Shown: positions 26,606-37,035, counted from the first letter of the stretch. The stretch: DNA of 62,074 nt from Ignavibacteria bacterium (GCA_031430615.1 JANPBV010000381.1:1-62074), one strand, 5' to 3'. Notes: a model not told the origin generated them from the sequence alone. Translations and numbers: made by a program.

Positions 26606-26680
26606 CAGTTGATAAGTTGTAACTTGTATTATGCATTAACATAGTCAATGCATACAAAGAAAAGCCAAAAAAAAATTGAT

Positions 26681-26701
26681 ATTTGGTATTTGACATTTTG
26701 T
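26681..26701 (-). repeat. Short heptamer tract x3, minus-strand sense
   Basis: The minus strand reads acaaaat gtcaaat accaaat, beginning 2 nt after the TAA of the PD40 gene (26704-26706). More degenerate than the other tracts. Confidence 0.5.
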
Positions 26702-26703
26702 TT

Positions 26704-27786
26704 TTACTCTACCCAGTCGCAAATAAAAACATTTGTTTCGCCCTGCTTTGCATTAAAGCGGTTTGAGCAGAATACAAATTTTTTACCCCCATCATGCAGA
26801 GAAAACATCGGAAAGCCGTCAAATGTATCATTGTATGTAACACGTTCATTACCTGTACCATCAACATTGATCATATACAGATCAAAATTCCTGCCCTTGG
26901 GATCATTCTGGTTGGAGCAATATATTACTCTTTTACCATCAGGAAAGAAATACGGACCGAAATTAGCGGAGCCATTGTTAGTTACCTGACGGATATTGGT
27001 GCCATCGGCATCCATAACGTAAATTTCGAGCATCCCCGGACGGATAAGTCCTGTTGCAAGTAAATCCTGGTATTCCTTTAACTTAGCAGGATCATCAAAT
27101 CTTGAAGCGCGGAAAACTATCATTGTACCGTCATAGGAATAATATGCGCCGCCATCGTATCCTGTTATGTTTGTTAACTGTTTTACATCACTACCATCAA
27201 GGTTCATTGAATACAGATCAATATCTCCATTTCGTGTTGATGTAAAAATTATCTTATCGCCTTTTGGTGAAATTGTAGCTTCAGCATCATAAGCTTTAAC
27301 ATCTGTCAGTTTAACAGGATTCGAGCCATCAACATTAGCTTTATAGATATCATAATCCGCATATAGCGCCCAAACATATCCTTTAGAATGATCGGGTTTT
27401 TGCGGACAGTTATCGCCGCCCATATGAGTTGATGCGTATAGAATACTTTTACCATCGGGGTAGAAATATGAACATGTAGTTCTGCCTTTACCTGTACTTA
27501 CCAAGTGTTTACCTGAACCATCGGTATTCATAATAAATATCTGGTCGCATTCATATTCACCGGTTGACTGAAATATTATTTTCGAGTCATCAAAGGAAAA
27601 ATATGCCTCGGCATTTTCGCCGCCGTTGGTAAGCATCTGCATATTTTTCAAATGCTTTTCCTGCGGATAAATCAGGCTATCGCTTCCTGTTAGCTGCCCT
27701 TTTGAAGCATTTATTTCGCCGGGAATCCAAATAAATGAGTATGCCATTATGCATACAAAACAAGTTAAAATTAATTTAGTCTTCAT
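26704..27786 (-). CDS. TolB-like PD40/WD40 beta-propeller repeat periplasmic protein
   Basis: Signal peptide (MKTKLILTCFV...). Repeated F.PDGK.I.Y.S...G..D.Y..N.DGS units. Start set at the internal ATG. Confidence 0.75.
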   Translation of the reverse strand: MKTKLILTCFVCIMAYSFIWIPGEINASKGQLTGSDSLIYPQEKHLKNMQMLTNGGENAEAYFSFDDSKIIFQSTGEYECDQIFIMNTDGSGKHLVSTGKGRTTCSYFYPDGKSILYASTHMGGDNCPQKPDHSKGYVWALYADYDIYKANVDGSNPVKLTDVKAYDAEATISPKGDKIIFTSTRNGDIDLYSMNLDGSDVKQLTNITGYDGGAYYSYDGTMIVFRASRFDDPAKLKEYQDLLATGLIRPGMLEIYVMDADGTNIRQVTNNGSANFGPYFFPDGKRVIYCSNQNDPKGRNFDLYMINVDGTGNERVTYNDTFDGFPMFSLHDGGKKFVFCSNRFNAKQGETNVFICDWVE

Positions 27787-27903
27787 ATCTGCAAATATAT
27801 TAAAAAAAGTAATCACGTTTTATGATAAAAGTCATATAAGAAAGGTAAGTTTGAAATGAGGGAATATAGATCCCTGATTAAGTCCTTGATGACAACTAAA
27901 TGA

Positions 27904-30147
27904 TTATTCTTCGAAGCGTTTTACCTCAAAAACACCTGCTATATTTCTTATTTTTTCAATAAGTTCATTAAGGTGGGTAATATTCTTTACCATAAGTATT
28001 ACAGTGCCATCAAACAAAGAGCCTTTTGAAGCAATACTAACACTCTTTATATTAGTATTACTGTGTACTGAAATAACATTGGTAATTTCATTAAGCATAC
28101 CGGGTCTATCCTCACCGCTTATTCTTAACCCAACAAAAAATTCATCTTCAACCTGTTCAGGCCATTGTACTTCTATAATTCTCTGCGGGTCGTTTAGGAA
28201 TAAATTAGAAAGATTCCTGCATGATTTCTTATGTATCTTTATTCCTTCAGTCTTGGAAATAAATCCGATAATATCCTCGCCGGGTATAGGGTTACAGCAA
28301 TTTGCATAAGAAAAGAGCAGGTCTTTAACATCACCGCCTGCAATAATCTTATTTTTTGCCCCGCGCGCAGTTTTTATATATGTTTCAAAAAGTGTCTGCT
28401 CATTTTCCTTAATTTTAACTGATTGTATTTTCTCAATTGGTTTTACCCATGAAGAAACAATTTCACCGCTGATGAGTTTATTGCGGTCTTTTACAAGATC
28501 ATAAAGTTCATCGGTTGTGATATGATTTTCTTCTATGCTCAAGTATATGTGCTGAATGCTGTCAAACTTCATCCTAGGCAGAAGTTTCATCATATCATCT
28601 TCAGAAAGTGAGAGCTTCATTTTCTTAAGTTTCTTAAGCCATAGTTCCCTGCCTGTATCAATTTTAAGCCTGCGCTCATTATTAAAATATTTATGTATAT
28701 CTGATTTTGCTTTATGAGTAACAACAAATTTTTCCCAATCCTGATGCGGCTTTTTAATTTTAGAGGTAATTACTTCAATCTGGTCACCGCTTTTAAGCTT
28801 TGAGTCCAGCGGCATTATCTTACCGTTTACCTTTGCGCCAATACATTTATAACCAACTTCGCTGTGAATATCAAATGCAAAATCAACCGGTGTGGAATTT
28901 ACAGGCAGGATCTTCAGGTCACCTTTTGGAGTGAAAACATAAATTTCATCCTGATAGAGGTTAAGCTTTAGACCTTCCATTATCTGTTTTGGGGTAGACT
29001 CCTTTGAGGTGCTGTCAAACAGTTCCCTTATCCATGTTATCCAATCCTCCATCTGGTGGTCATTGGTACTAATGTTCTCCTTGTATTTCCAGTGGGCGGC
29101 AACACCTTTCTCGGCAACTTCATGCATATCCCGAGTTCGTATCTGTACTTCAACCATCTTGCCCTCGGGACCGATAAGCGTTGTATGTATAGACTGGTAG
29201 CCATTTTGTTTGGGGAGCGAAATGTAATCTTTAAACCTTTCTGGCACAGGTATATAGATTTCAGATGCTATGCCATATACTGTGAAGCAATCATTTCTTT
29301 CTTCGGTATCTAATATTATCCTTACAGCAAAAAGGTCATAAATTTCTTCAAATGATTTACTCCGGGACTGCATTTTTTTAGCTATACTGTAAAGATGTTT
29401 TGCCCGCCCTGAGACTTCGTACTTAAAGCCTTCTTTATCAAGCTGTTCTTTTATAGGCGCGATGAATTTCTTAACATAGTTTTCACGCTCACGTTTTTTT
29501 GCAATTACTTTTTTTGAAATTTCCTTGTAGAACTGGCGGTCAAGATATTTAAATGACATATCTTCAAATTCAGTTTTTACACGGGAGAGTCCTAGTCTGT
29601 GCGCAAGCGGTGCATATATTTCCATGGTTTCCCGCGCCATTCTAACCTGGCGCTCTGGGCTGAGATATTCAAGGGTTTTTAGATTATGCAGCCTATCGGC
29701 AAACTTAACGAGTATTACCCTTATATCGTTAGACATGGAAAGAAGCATTTTCCGGTAATTTTCTACCTGTTTTGCTTCATAATTCTCGAACATTCCTTCG
29801 ATCTTGGTAGCGCCTTCAACAATATCAGCAATAGTTTCGCCAAACTCTGCTTTAACATCTTCATATGTGAACTTGGTATCTTCGACTACATCATGAAGTA
29901 ATGCGGAAGCTACAGTGATATCATCTAATGGAATTTCTTCGGCTACAATTGAGGCAACTTCATAGGGATGTATAATAAATGGCTCACCTGATGCGCGTTT
30001 ATCCATACGGTGCGCATTAAGGCTGAATTTAAAAGCATCACTTATGAGCTTTTCGTTAAATTCACCGAGGTTCTTCCTGCAAAGCGCAAGCAGGTCATCG
30101 AGCTTCTTTTTATATAATGTACTTAGCAAATTATGCAAAACCCCCAT
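27904..30147 (-). CDS. relA: Bifunctional (p)ppGpp synthetase/hydrolase (RelA/SpoT homolog)
   Basis: 747 aa; HD hydrolase (HPYEVA...LLHDVVEDT), synthetase (RAKHLYSI..KM, DLFAVRII, YQSIHT), TGS and ACT domains. Confidence 0.95.
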   Translation of the reverse strand: MGVLHNLLSTLYKKKLDDLLALCRKNLGEFNEKLISDAFKFSLNAHRMDKRASGEPFIIHPYEVASIVAEEIPLDDITVASALLHDVVEDTKFTYEDVKAEFGETIADIVEGATKIEGMFENYEAKQVENYRKMLLSMSNDIRVILVKFADRLHNLKTLEYLSPERQVRMARETMEIYAPLAHRLGLSRVKTEFEDMSFKYLDRQFYKEISKKVIAKKRERENYVKKFIAPIKEQLDKEGFKYEVSGRAKHLYSIAKKMQSRSKSFEEIYDLFAVRIILDTEERNDCFTVYGIASEIYIPVPERFKDYISLPKQNGYQSIHTTLIGPEGKMVEVQIRTRDMHEVAEKGVAAHWKYKENISTNDHQMEDWITWIRELFDSTSKESTPKQIMEGLKLNLYQDEIYVFTPKGDLKILPVNSTPVDFAFDIHSEVGYKCIGAKVNGKIMPLDSKLKSGDQIEVITSKIKKPHQDWEKFVVTHKAKSDIHKYFNNERRLKIDTGRELWLKKLKKMKLSLSEDDMMKLLPRMKFDSIQHIYLSIEENHITTDELYDLVKDRNKLISGEIVSSWVKPIEKIQSVKIKENEQTLFETYIKTARGAKNKIIAGGDVKDLLFSYANCCNPIPGEDIIGFISKTEGIKIHKKSCRNLSNLFLNDPQRIIEVQWPEQVEDEFFVGLRISGEDRPGMLNEITNVISVHSNTNIKSVSIASKGSLFDGTVILMVKNITHLNELIEKIRNIAGVFEVKRFEE

Positions 30148-30368
30148 TGAAGCTATCTAAAAACCTTTTAAAAATCTATCAATCAAAACAAAATTAATAC
30201 ACAGGTTCAAAATCCCCCCTTTGCTAAAGGGGGGACAGACTCTTTAGTTTTAGTTATTCTTCAATTAATCTTAAAATAAAATCTTTAATAAATTTTCAAT
30301 GAGGGTTCTGCTTTTTCTTATCCGCATAATCCCTAATTTCAAATTATTATTCAATTCTTAATTCGTAA

Positions 30369-31007
30369 TTAGAGTGTGCCGAATAATCTATCGCCTGCGT
30401 CTCCCAGACCCGGGACAATGTAGCCTTTATTGTTCAGCTTTTTATCAAGCGCGCAGGTAAATATTTTAATTTCCTTGTGATATTTCTGAACTTCCTTAAT
30501 GCCTTCAGGCGCTGCAACAAGGCAAGCCACAACAATTTTACCGATGCCGGTTTTCTTTGCTTCATCAATTGCAGAGCACATACTTCCGCCGGTTGCAAGC
30601 ATGGGGTCGAGTATATACACAATAGAATTCTTTTTATCTTTAAGCCTTGGGAACTTGAAATAATAACGTATTGGCTGCAGAGTTACTTCATTTCTATAGA
30701 CACCTAAATGGCTTATCCTTGCTTCAGGGAAAATTGAGGCAAAACCGTTAGTTAATCCTAAGCCGGCTCTGAGTATAGGCATTAATACAATTTCATCTTT
30801 AATAATTGAACCGTTATAAGGCGCAAGTGGTGTCATTATTTTCTTAGCCTTTAAGCCAAGCTCCTTACCAGCTTCATAAGCAAGCAGCATGGAAAGTTTA
30901 TCCACATAAGTACGGAACTCGAAATAAGAAGTATTCTTATCGCGAATTTTAGTAATGTAGCTTTTAACTAAGGGATGGCTTAACTGAATTAAATTTTTAT
31001 ATGCCAT
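30369..31007 (-). CDS. upp: Uracil phosphoribosyltransferase
   Basis: 212 aa; LRAGLG, VYILDPMLATGGS PRPP loop, C-terminal YIVPGLGDAGDRLFGT. Confidence 0.95.
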   Translation of the reverse strand: MAYKNLIQLSHPLVKSYITKIRDKNTSYFEFRTYVDKLSMLLAYEAGKELGLKAKKIMTPLAPYNGSIIKDEIVLMPILRAGLGLTNGFASIFPEARISHLGVYRNEVTLQPIRYYFKFPRLKDKKNSIVYILDPMLATGGSMCSAIDEAKKTGIGKIVVACLVAAPEGIKEVQKYHKEIKIFTCALDKKLNNKGYIVPGLGDAGDRLFGTL

Positions 31008-31021
31008 TTATTGGTTTTTAA

Positions 31022-32047
31022 TTAATTCAGTAATGTTACGGATAAATTTGTTGTAACAGCCTGTGTTGAATTTGCTGTCTGTCCCTGCGCTGAGAGCTTT
31101 AGATCAAGTTTCAGGTTGGTGTTAGTTTCTTTATATTGAATACATCCGCGATTCAGATTTATGGCAATCTTACCATTGCCTGATGTTTCGGAGTTTTCTA
31201 TTTTAATCTGCATACCGCGCTCTTTAACTTCTTTATTCTTAAATTCAACTACAAGCGCTGCTTCAACATTAGCAATTTTCTGGCCGTTCTTATCTTCAAT
31301 GGATTTGAGTGTGTATTTAGCGTTGTTAACAACTTCAAAGAACAATACTGTTGTGTTGAATGATTTTGTCCAGTTTGAGTCAACTGCAACAGGTGTAGAA
31401 GGACAAACCTGGTATTCCTGCTGAAGAATTTCTTTTATAGATTCCTCGCCAAATGACTGCTTAATTTCCTGTTTATCTTTTTCTTTTAAAGTATCGCCAA
31501 GTGATTTAAAGAGTACTTCAAATATTTTTTCCAGTCCATATACATCAGTAATTTCACCATGTGGGCTTACCCTGATAAAAAACGGATTATTTATAACCGC
31601 ATTATACTGTATGAATGCCGGGTTTTGCCTTATGCTATCGTTTATGTTTGAGTTATACTTTATGCTTTGCTCACCCATTGAAGAAGCTATGTTGATAGAA
31701 TCAAAGTTGATCTTATAACTGATAATTCCGCCTGCATCAACATCATTAACTTCTTTTGAATAATAATAATTTATTTCGTTATCCTGCTTTACTTCTTTAT
31801 CTTCTGTTGCAGGAGATTTTTCCATATTGGAGGTCTTAGCCACCATTTTATAATTGAACTTATCGCCTTTTTTTACAACATATTTAAGCTGAACCATTTC
31901 CTTGCCGGAAATGCTGTCTTTTTTAATTAAATCAGTTGTTTTGTTATCTTTATTAGTGTTTGTTTTATCATCTTTTTTATCGCCGCAGCCGTATATGTAA
32001 ACAAATAAAGCAGCAAGAATGAAGTTCAGGAAAAAATATTTACGCAT
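31022..32047 (-). CDS. Lipoprotein, function unknown
   Basis: Signal peptide with YIYGC lipobox cysteine; K/D/T-rich linker; no motif recognised. Confidence 0.5.
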   Translation of the reverse strand: MRKYFFLNFILAALFVYIYGCGDKKDDKTNTNKDNKTTDLIKKDSISGKEMVQLKYVVKKGDKFNYKMVAKTSNMEKSPATEDKEVKQDNEINYYYSKEVNDVDAGGIISYKINFDSINIASSMGEQSIKYNSNINDSIRQNPAFIQYNAVINNPFFIRVSPHGEITDVYGLEKIFEVLFKSLGDTLKEKDKQEIKQSFGEESIKEILQQEYQVCPSTPVAVDSNWTKSFNTTVLFFEVVNNAKYTLKSIEDKNGQKIANVEAALVVEFKNKEVKERGMQIKIENSETSGNGKIAINLNRGCIQYKETNTNLKLDLKLSAQGQTANSTQAVTTNLSVTLLN

Positions 32048-32327
32048 TTATAATGCCTTTCTACTATTAAAATGCGCCATTCCTATATATAGGATATGAC
32101 GCGCATATTGTATTATGTAATCTGCAAATATACCCAAAATTTGAGGGATTTTCAAAGGTAAAGGAAGGTGAGAAAATCAAAACAAAAAACCTTCCTCCAC
32201 TACGTGTAGTAAGGCATAGCTGCCCCACAAAGGAAAAACAAAAAAATCAACAACATTTTTTAGATATGCATCAGATAAGCTATTACAATTATAAAACAAA
32301 TAATCCACTCAAGTTAAGTATGAGAAA

Positions 32328-32702
32328 CTATTTTATGGATTTACGGAGTGTTAAAGAACCTATGGAAATTGAGCTGTCTTTTGCAAGGAGCCACTCCTTA
32401 TGGCTTTTGGTTTCAGGGCTGGATTTAGTAACATTGAAATATAACTGCAGGCTATCACCTTTTTCCTGCACAATCTCATAGGTTCCTTCTTCTGAAATTG
32501 GCGGGTAACCGGACATTTTATAGTTTCTTCCGTCAAATTCATACTCAATGAACCATGAATGCATATCGGTGGAGTCATTTATATCACCAGCTGCTGACCA
32601 CTTACCCTGTAACTTTGATACACTCTTACTGCACCCTCCAAAAATGATAATTATAGTGAACATCAGGACAAAAATCAGGAAGTATTTGTATAGTAATTTC
32701 AT
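32328..32702 (-). CDS. Small lipoprotein, function unknown
   Basis: MKLLYKYFLIFVLMFTIIIIFGGC signal/lipobox. Internal ATG chosen. Confidence 0.45.
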   Translation of the reverse strand: MKLLYKYFLIFVLMFTIIIIFGGCSKSVSKLQGKWSAAGDINDSTDMHSWFIEYEFDGRNYKMSGYPPISEEGTYEIVQEKGDSLQLYFNVTKSSPETKSHKEWLLAKDSSISIGSLTLRKSIK

Positions 32703-33080
32703 ATTGAAAATAAATATAATGAAATAATGCAAAAATAGTTATGGAATTCAATTAATATTTTATAAAAAATGCATTTTATTCTCATAATTACCTCTTTTAG
32801 TCCAAAAACAAAAAAAAAATATTATTAACTGACCTTACGCAGAATTCCCGATAAAGCATGATTCAAACATAAAGGAATTGCCAAATTGAAGATATGGAAA
32901 ATTAATCATAATTTAGTGAGTATAGAGCACTAATTCTCAGTATGTTACAATAACTCAACATTGTCAATGATATGATAACACTAAACATTCTATGAATAGA
33001 TTCCCACTTTCGCCATGCCTGCGGCAGGCAGGTGGGATTGCGTAACATCAGTTATTAAGTGATAAAAATCATATAATCTA

Positions 33081-33108
33081 TTGACGCGGGTCATATGAGA
33101 ATATGACC
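33081..33108. promoter_or_regulatory. FNR-like box overlapping an 8-bp perfect inverted repeat upstream of ccoI
   Basis: TTGACgcggGTCAT (33081-33094), then GGTCATAT-gaga-ATATGACC (33089-33108), 26 nt before the ccoI ATG. Confidence 0.45.
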
Positions 33109-33133
33109 ATAAAACCTAATTTTGTAGCAGAAT

Positions 33134-35575
33134 ATGCAGATTTCAGAAGTAGTAAACCTAAAGGAAGGGACTCTCTGCTATCATTGCGGTGATATATGCA
33201 AGAGTCTGGATATTCAAAGTGGTGCGAAGATATTTTGCTGTACAGGTTGTAAGACTGTTTACGAGATCTTACATGAGAATAATATGTGCAGGTATTACGA
33301 TCTTGATGAGACACCCGGAATATCACAAAAAAAGCTGGATAGCGCTCTAAGCTCGCGGTACTCTTATTTAGATGACCCGAATATCATAAGACAGCTTATA
33401 AATTTTACAGATGGGAATATTTCTATCTGTAATTTTGTCATTCCACAGGTTCACTGTTTATCCTGCATATGGCTGCTTGAAAAACTTCATAAGCTGAATA
33501 AAGGCATAATCCATTCTGAAATAAATTTCCTGCAGAAAAATCTTAACATAAAATTCAAACCATCAGAGGTAAGTTTAAGGGAGATTGTTGAACTTCTGGT
33601 TTCAGTCGGTTATGAGCCTCAAATAAGCCTTAACGATATTGAAAATAAAGTAAAATATCATTCCAATAAAAGCCTTTATTATAAAATCGGAGTAGCCGGA
33701 TTTTGTTTTGGGAATATTATGCTGCTTAGTTTCCCGGAATACCTTGCGCCAATTGGTTCGCTTGAGTATAGCTTTAAACAATTTTTTGGACTGCTGAACC
33801 TGTTACTTGGAGCGCCGGTGTTATTTTATTCCGCAATCGATTATTTTAAATCAGCATGGAGCGGGATAAAACAACGAAGTATTAATATTGATTTCCCAAT
33901 TGTACTGGGACTTGTTGTATTATTTGCCAGAAGCGCATTTGAAATAATCACAAATACAGGCGTTGGGTTTATTGATTCAATGACAGGGCTTATCTTCTTC
34001 CTGTTGATAGGGAAAATATTCCAGAGTAAAACTTATGATGCTCTTAACTTTGATAGAAATTACAAATCATACTTCCCAATATCTGTAACAGTAAAGAATA
34101 AAGATGGTGAAACTTCAATTCCCGTATCAAATCTGGAAAACGGCAATAGGATTCTTATAAGGAATAATGAGCTTATCCCCGCAGATGCGATTTTGTTTAA
34201 CGGTATTGCTGATATCGATTACAGTTTCGTAACGGGTGAGTCTATCCCTGTGAGAAAAGTTGCCGGTGAAATAATTTACGCAGGGGGCAGACAATGCGGA
34301 AGTGTAATAGAGCTTGAAGTTTTAAGGACTGTTTCACAAAGCTATTTAACGCAGTTATGGAACAAAGATGCATTTATTAAAAAAGATGAAGATAAATTCA
34401 ACTCTATAGTAAATATTGTAGGAAAGTATTTTACCGGAGTTATCTTATTAGTTGCAGCGGCAGCTTTTATGTATTGGTACCCTACAAGTTTAAGAACCGC
34501 TATTAATGCATTTACAGCGGTACTGATAATTGCGTGTCCATGCGGTATTGCGCTTACAAGTCCGTTTGCTTTAGGCAATGCGATAAGAATTCTTGGACGT
34601 TACAAATTTTACGCCAAGAATACCGGCGTGATTGAACGTCTTTCGAAAATAGATACTATTGTATTTGATAAAACAGGCACTATTACACAAACAGGCGAGG
34701 CAAATGTAACCTTTAATGGTAGTATATTCAATAATTACGAGTTGAAACTGGTTAAATCACTTGTACGTAACTCAACACATCCACTTAGCGGAAGAATTTA
34801 TGATGCAATTGATACCAAAGAATTCTTTGAAGTTAAATCATACAAAGAGCTTTCAGGTAAAGGGATTGAAGCGTTTATAGATGGAGTAAATATTAAGCTG
34901 GGTTCGGCATTATTTGCAGCCGATAACAATAAAGTTCTTCTTAATAAAGGTAAGAATATATCAAAACCCGATACAAGAGTATTTCTATCGATAAACGGCT
35001 CGATAAAAGGATTCTTCGCTATTAATAATATTTACCGCACAGGGCTTGATGATATGACATCAGCACTTAAGGAAAATTATGAACTAATAGTAACATCAGG
35101 TGATAATGACGGTGAAAAGGAAAACCTCACTAAATACTTCGGCAATTCAAACCGCATATTGTTCAACCAATCACCTCAAGATAAACTAGAATATGTAAAG
35201 AAACTTCAGGGGAGCGGGAATAAAGTACTGATGATTGGCGACGGGTTAAATGATGCCGGAGCATTGAAGCAGAGTGATGTTGGTATTGCAATATCCGAGG
35301 ACATTACAAACTTCTCTCCCGCCTGTGACGCAATATTTGACGCTTCTGAATTCAGTAATCTGAATAAAATAATAGGCTTTGCAAAAACAACTAAGAAGAT
35401 TATAATCATAAGCTTCATAATATCCATTATCTACAATATAATTGGTGTAACAATGGCATTCCAATCGGAAATATCGCCTTTACTGGCAGCAATATTGATG
35501 CCTGCAAGCTCAATTACTGTGGTATTGTTCACAGTACTTTCAACTAACCTCATGGCAAGAAAAGAGGGTCTATAA
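33134..35575 (+). CDS. ccoI: Copper-translocating P1B-type ATPase for cbb3 oxidase assembly (CcoI/FixI)
   Basis: 813 aa; N-terminal CYHCGDIC...CCTGCKTVYEI metal-binding domain; CPC (IACPCGIAL); DKTGT; GDGLNDAGAL. Followed by ccoS. Confidence 0.9.
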   Translation: MQISEVVNLKEGTLCYHCGDICKSLDIQSGAKIFCCTGCKTVYEILHENNMCRYYDLDETPGISQKKLDSALSSRYSYLDDPNIIRQLINFTDGNISICNFVIPQVHCLSCIWLLEKLHKLNKGIIHSEINFLQKNLNIKFKPSEVSLREIVELLVSVGYEPQISLNDIENKVKYHSNKSLYYKIGVAGFCFGNIMLLSFPEYLAPIGSLEYSFKQFFGLLNLLLGAPVLFYSAIDYFKSAWSGIKQRSINIDFPIVLGLVVLFARSAFEIITNTGVGFIDSMTGLIFFLLIGKIFQSKTYDALNFDRNYKSYFPISVTVKNKDGETSIPVSNLENGNRILIRNNELIPADAILFNGIADIDYSFVTGESIPVRKVAGEIIYAGGRQCGSVIELEVLRTVSQSYLTQLWNKDAFIKKDEDKFNSIVNIVGKYFTGVILLVAAAAFMYWYPTSLRTAINAFTAVLIIACPCGIALTSPFALGNAIRILGRYKFYAKNTGVIERLSKIDTIVFDKTGTITQTGEANVTFNGSIFNNYELKLVKSLVRNSTHPLSGRIYDAIDTKEFFEVKSYKELSGKGIEAFIDGVNIKLGSALFAADNNKVLLNKGKNISKPDTRVFLSINGSIKGFFAINNIYRTGLDDMTSALKENYELIVTSGDNDGEKENLTKYFGNSNRILFNQSPQDKLEYVKKLQGSGNKVLMIGDGLNDAGALKQSDVGIAISEDITNFSPACDAIFDASEFSNLNKIIGFAKTTKKIIIISFIISIIYNIIGVTMAFQSEISPLLAAILMPASSITVVLFTVLSTNLMARKEGL

Positions 35576-35730
35576 TGAGCGTAATAGTAATATTAATTTT
35601 TTTCAGTGTGCTTGTTGCAGGCGGATTTTTACTGGCATTCTTATGGGCAGTACGTTCAGGGCAATATGAAGATAAGTACACACCATCTGTAAGGATTTTA
35701 TTTGATAATGATGAGGAGAAGAAAAAATGA
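35575..35730 (+). CDS. ccoS: cbb3 oxidase maturation protein CcoS/FixS
   Basis: 51-aa ORF absent from the ORF track: MSVIVILIFFSVLVAGGFLLAFLWAVRSGQYEDKYTPSVRILFDNDEEKKK. Single TM plus the SGQY(E/D)D motif. TAATG overlap with ccoI. Confidence 0.8.
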   Translation: MSVIVILIFFSVLVAGGFLLAFLWAVRSGQYEDKYTPSVRILFDNDEEKKK

Positions 35731-36929
35731 AAAAGTTTGATCCAAGCACAAGTATACACGATTATTTAGTATTCGGTGAATTTGGCGATGTAAATCCTTC
35801 TATAACGGATTCCTCAACATTCACTTTCTTAAGTCCCAAGACTATGGCTGAATCTTTTCAGCATGAAATTGAGGGATGCTTTCTTTATTCCAGGCACTGG
35901 AACCCGATAAATAAATTCCTATCAAACGCACTTGCTAGATTAGAAGATGCCGAAGCCGCACAGGTAACATCATCGGGTATGGGAGCAATAAGTACAACAA
36001 TACTGCAACTATGCAGCACAGGAGATGAGATAGTATCTGAGAGAACAATTTATGGCGGAACATATGCTTTCTTCAAGAACTTCCTGCCAAAGTTTGGTAT
36101 TACAGTAAAATTTGTTGATATGCAGAAACCTGAAATGGTTGAGCTAGCTATATCAGATAAAACAAAATTAATTTATACAGAATCCATAAGTAATCCCCTG
36201 CTTGATATAACAGATATACCGGCTATAAGTAAAATTGCAAAAGAGCACAGGATAAAACTTGTTGTAGATAATACATTCAGCCCGATGGTAATATCACCAT
36301 TAAGATTAGGCGCTGATATTGTTATACATAGTATGACAAAATACATAAACGGCTCAAGTGATTGTGTTGCGGGGTGTATATGTTCCACAAATGATTTTAT
36401 TGCCAGTTTAACCGATGTTAATTCAGGCGCGACAATGCTTTTGGGTCCGGTGCTGGATAGCTTAAGGGCGGCAAGTATTTTGAAGAACCTGCATACTCTG
36501 CATATTAGAATGAGGAAACATAGTGAAAATGCAACTTACCTTGCTGAAGAATTTGAAAAACTGGGATTAAAAGTATTTTACCCGGGGTTAAAATCAAACA
36601 AACATCATTCATTACTGAATGAGATCAGGAATGACGGGTATGGGTACAGTGGTATGCTTGCAATAGATATTGGCAGTTATGAAAATGCTTCGGCGCTTAT
36701 GGAAATGATGCAGAAAGAAAATGTAGGTTACTTAGCAGTAAGCCTTGGTTACTTTAAAACATTATTCAGCTCACCGGGTCATAGTACGTCATCTGAAATT
36801 CCGGTTGAAGAGCAGGAACAAATGGGACTTTCAGAGGGACTGGTAAGATTTTCAATCGGGCTTGATGGTGATATAACAATTGCATATGAGAGAATAAAAA
36901 AGTGTTTAAAAGAGCTTAAGATAATATAA
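35727..36929 (+). CDS. Cys/Met-metabolism PLP-dependent enzyme (methionine gamma-lyase / cystathionine gamma-synthase family)
   Basis: 400 aa; YSRHWNP, SSGMGAI, VVDNTFSP, HSMTKYINGSSD (PLP lysine). ATGA overlap with ccoS. Confidence 0.8.
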   Translation: MKKFDPSTSIHDYLVFGEFGDVNPSITDSSTFTFLSPKTMAESFQHEIEGCFLYSRHWNPINKFLSNALARLEDAEAAQVTSSGMGAISTTILQLCSTGDEIVSERTIYGGTYAFFKNFLPKFGITVKFVDMQKPEMVELAISDKTKLIYTESISNPLLDITDIPAISKIAKEHRIKLVVDNTFSPMVISPLRLGADIVIHSMTKYINGSSDCVAGCICSTNDFIASLTDVNSGATMLLGPVLDSLRAASILKNLHTLHIRMRKHSENATYLAEEFEKLGLKVFYPGLKSNKHHSLLNEIRNDGYGYSGMLAIDIGSYENASALMEMMQKENVGYLAVSLGYFKTLFSSPGHSTSSEIPVEEQEQMGLSEGLVRFSIGLDGDITIAYERIKKCLKELKII

Positions 36930-36934
36930 TTATA

Positions 36935-37035
36935 CCTCACCCCCATCCCCTCTCCTATAAGGAGAGGGGGGATAAACCTGATAATAAAAGGTATGGACTC
37001 CCCTCTCCCAATGGGAGAGAGGTAAGAGGTAAGGG
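36935..37035. repeat. Composite GC-rich hairpin element (CCTCACCC family)
   Basis: cctcaccccc-at-cccctctcct-ataa-ggagagggg ... ctcccctctccc-aat-gggagagag-gtaagaggtaaggg. Confidence 0.85.

Noticed and set aside
30330-30368. A weak 7-nt periodicity downstream of upp (minus strand: ttacgaa ttaagaa ttgaata).
   Set aside because: It is too degenerate and lacks the GTSARAY core. It is indistinguishable from AT-rich background, so it is not counted as a heptamer tract.
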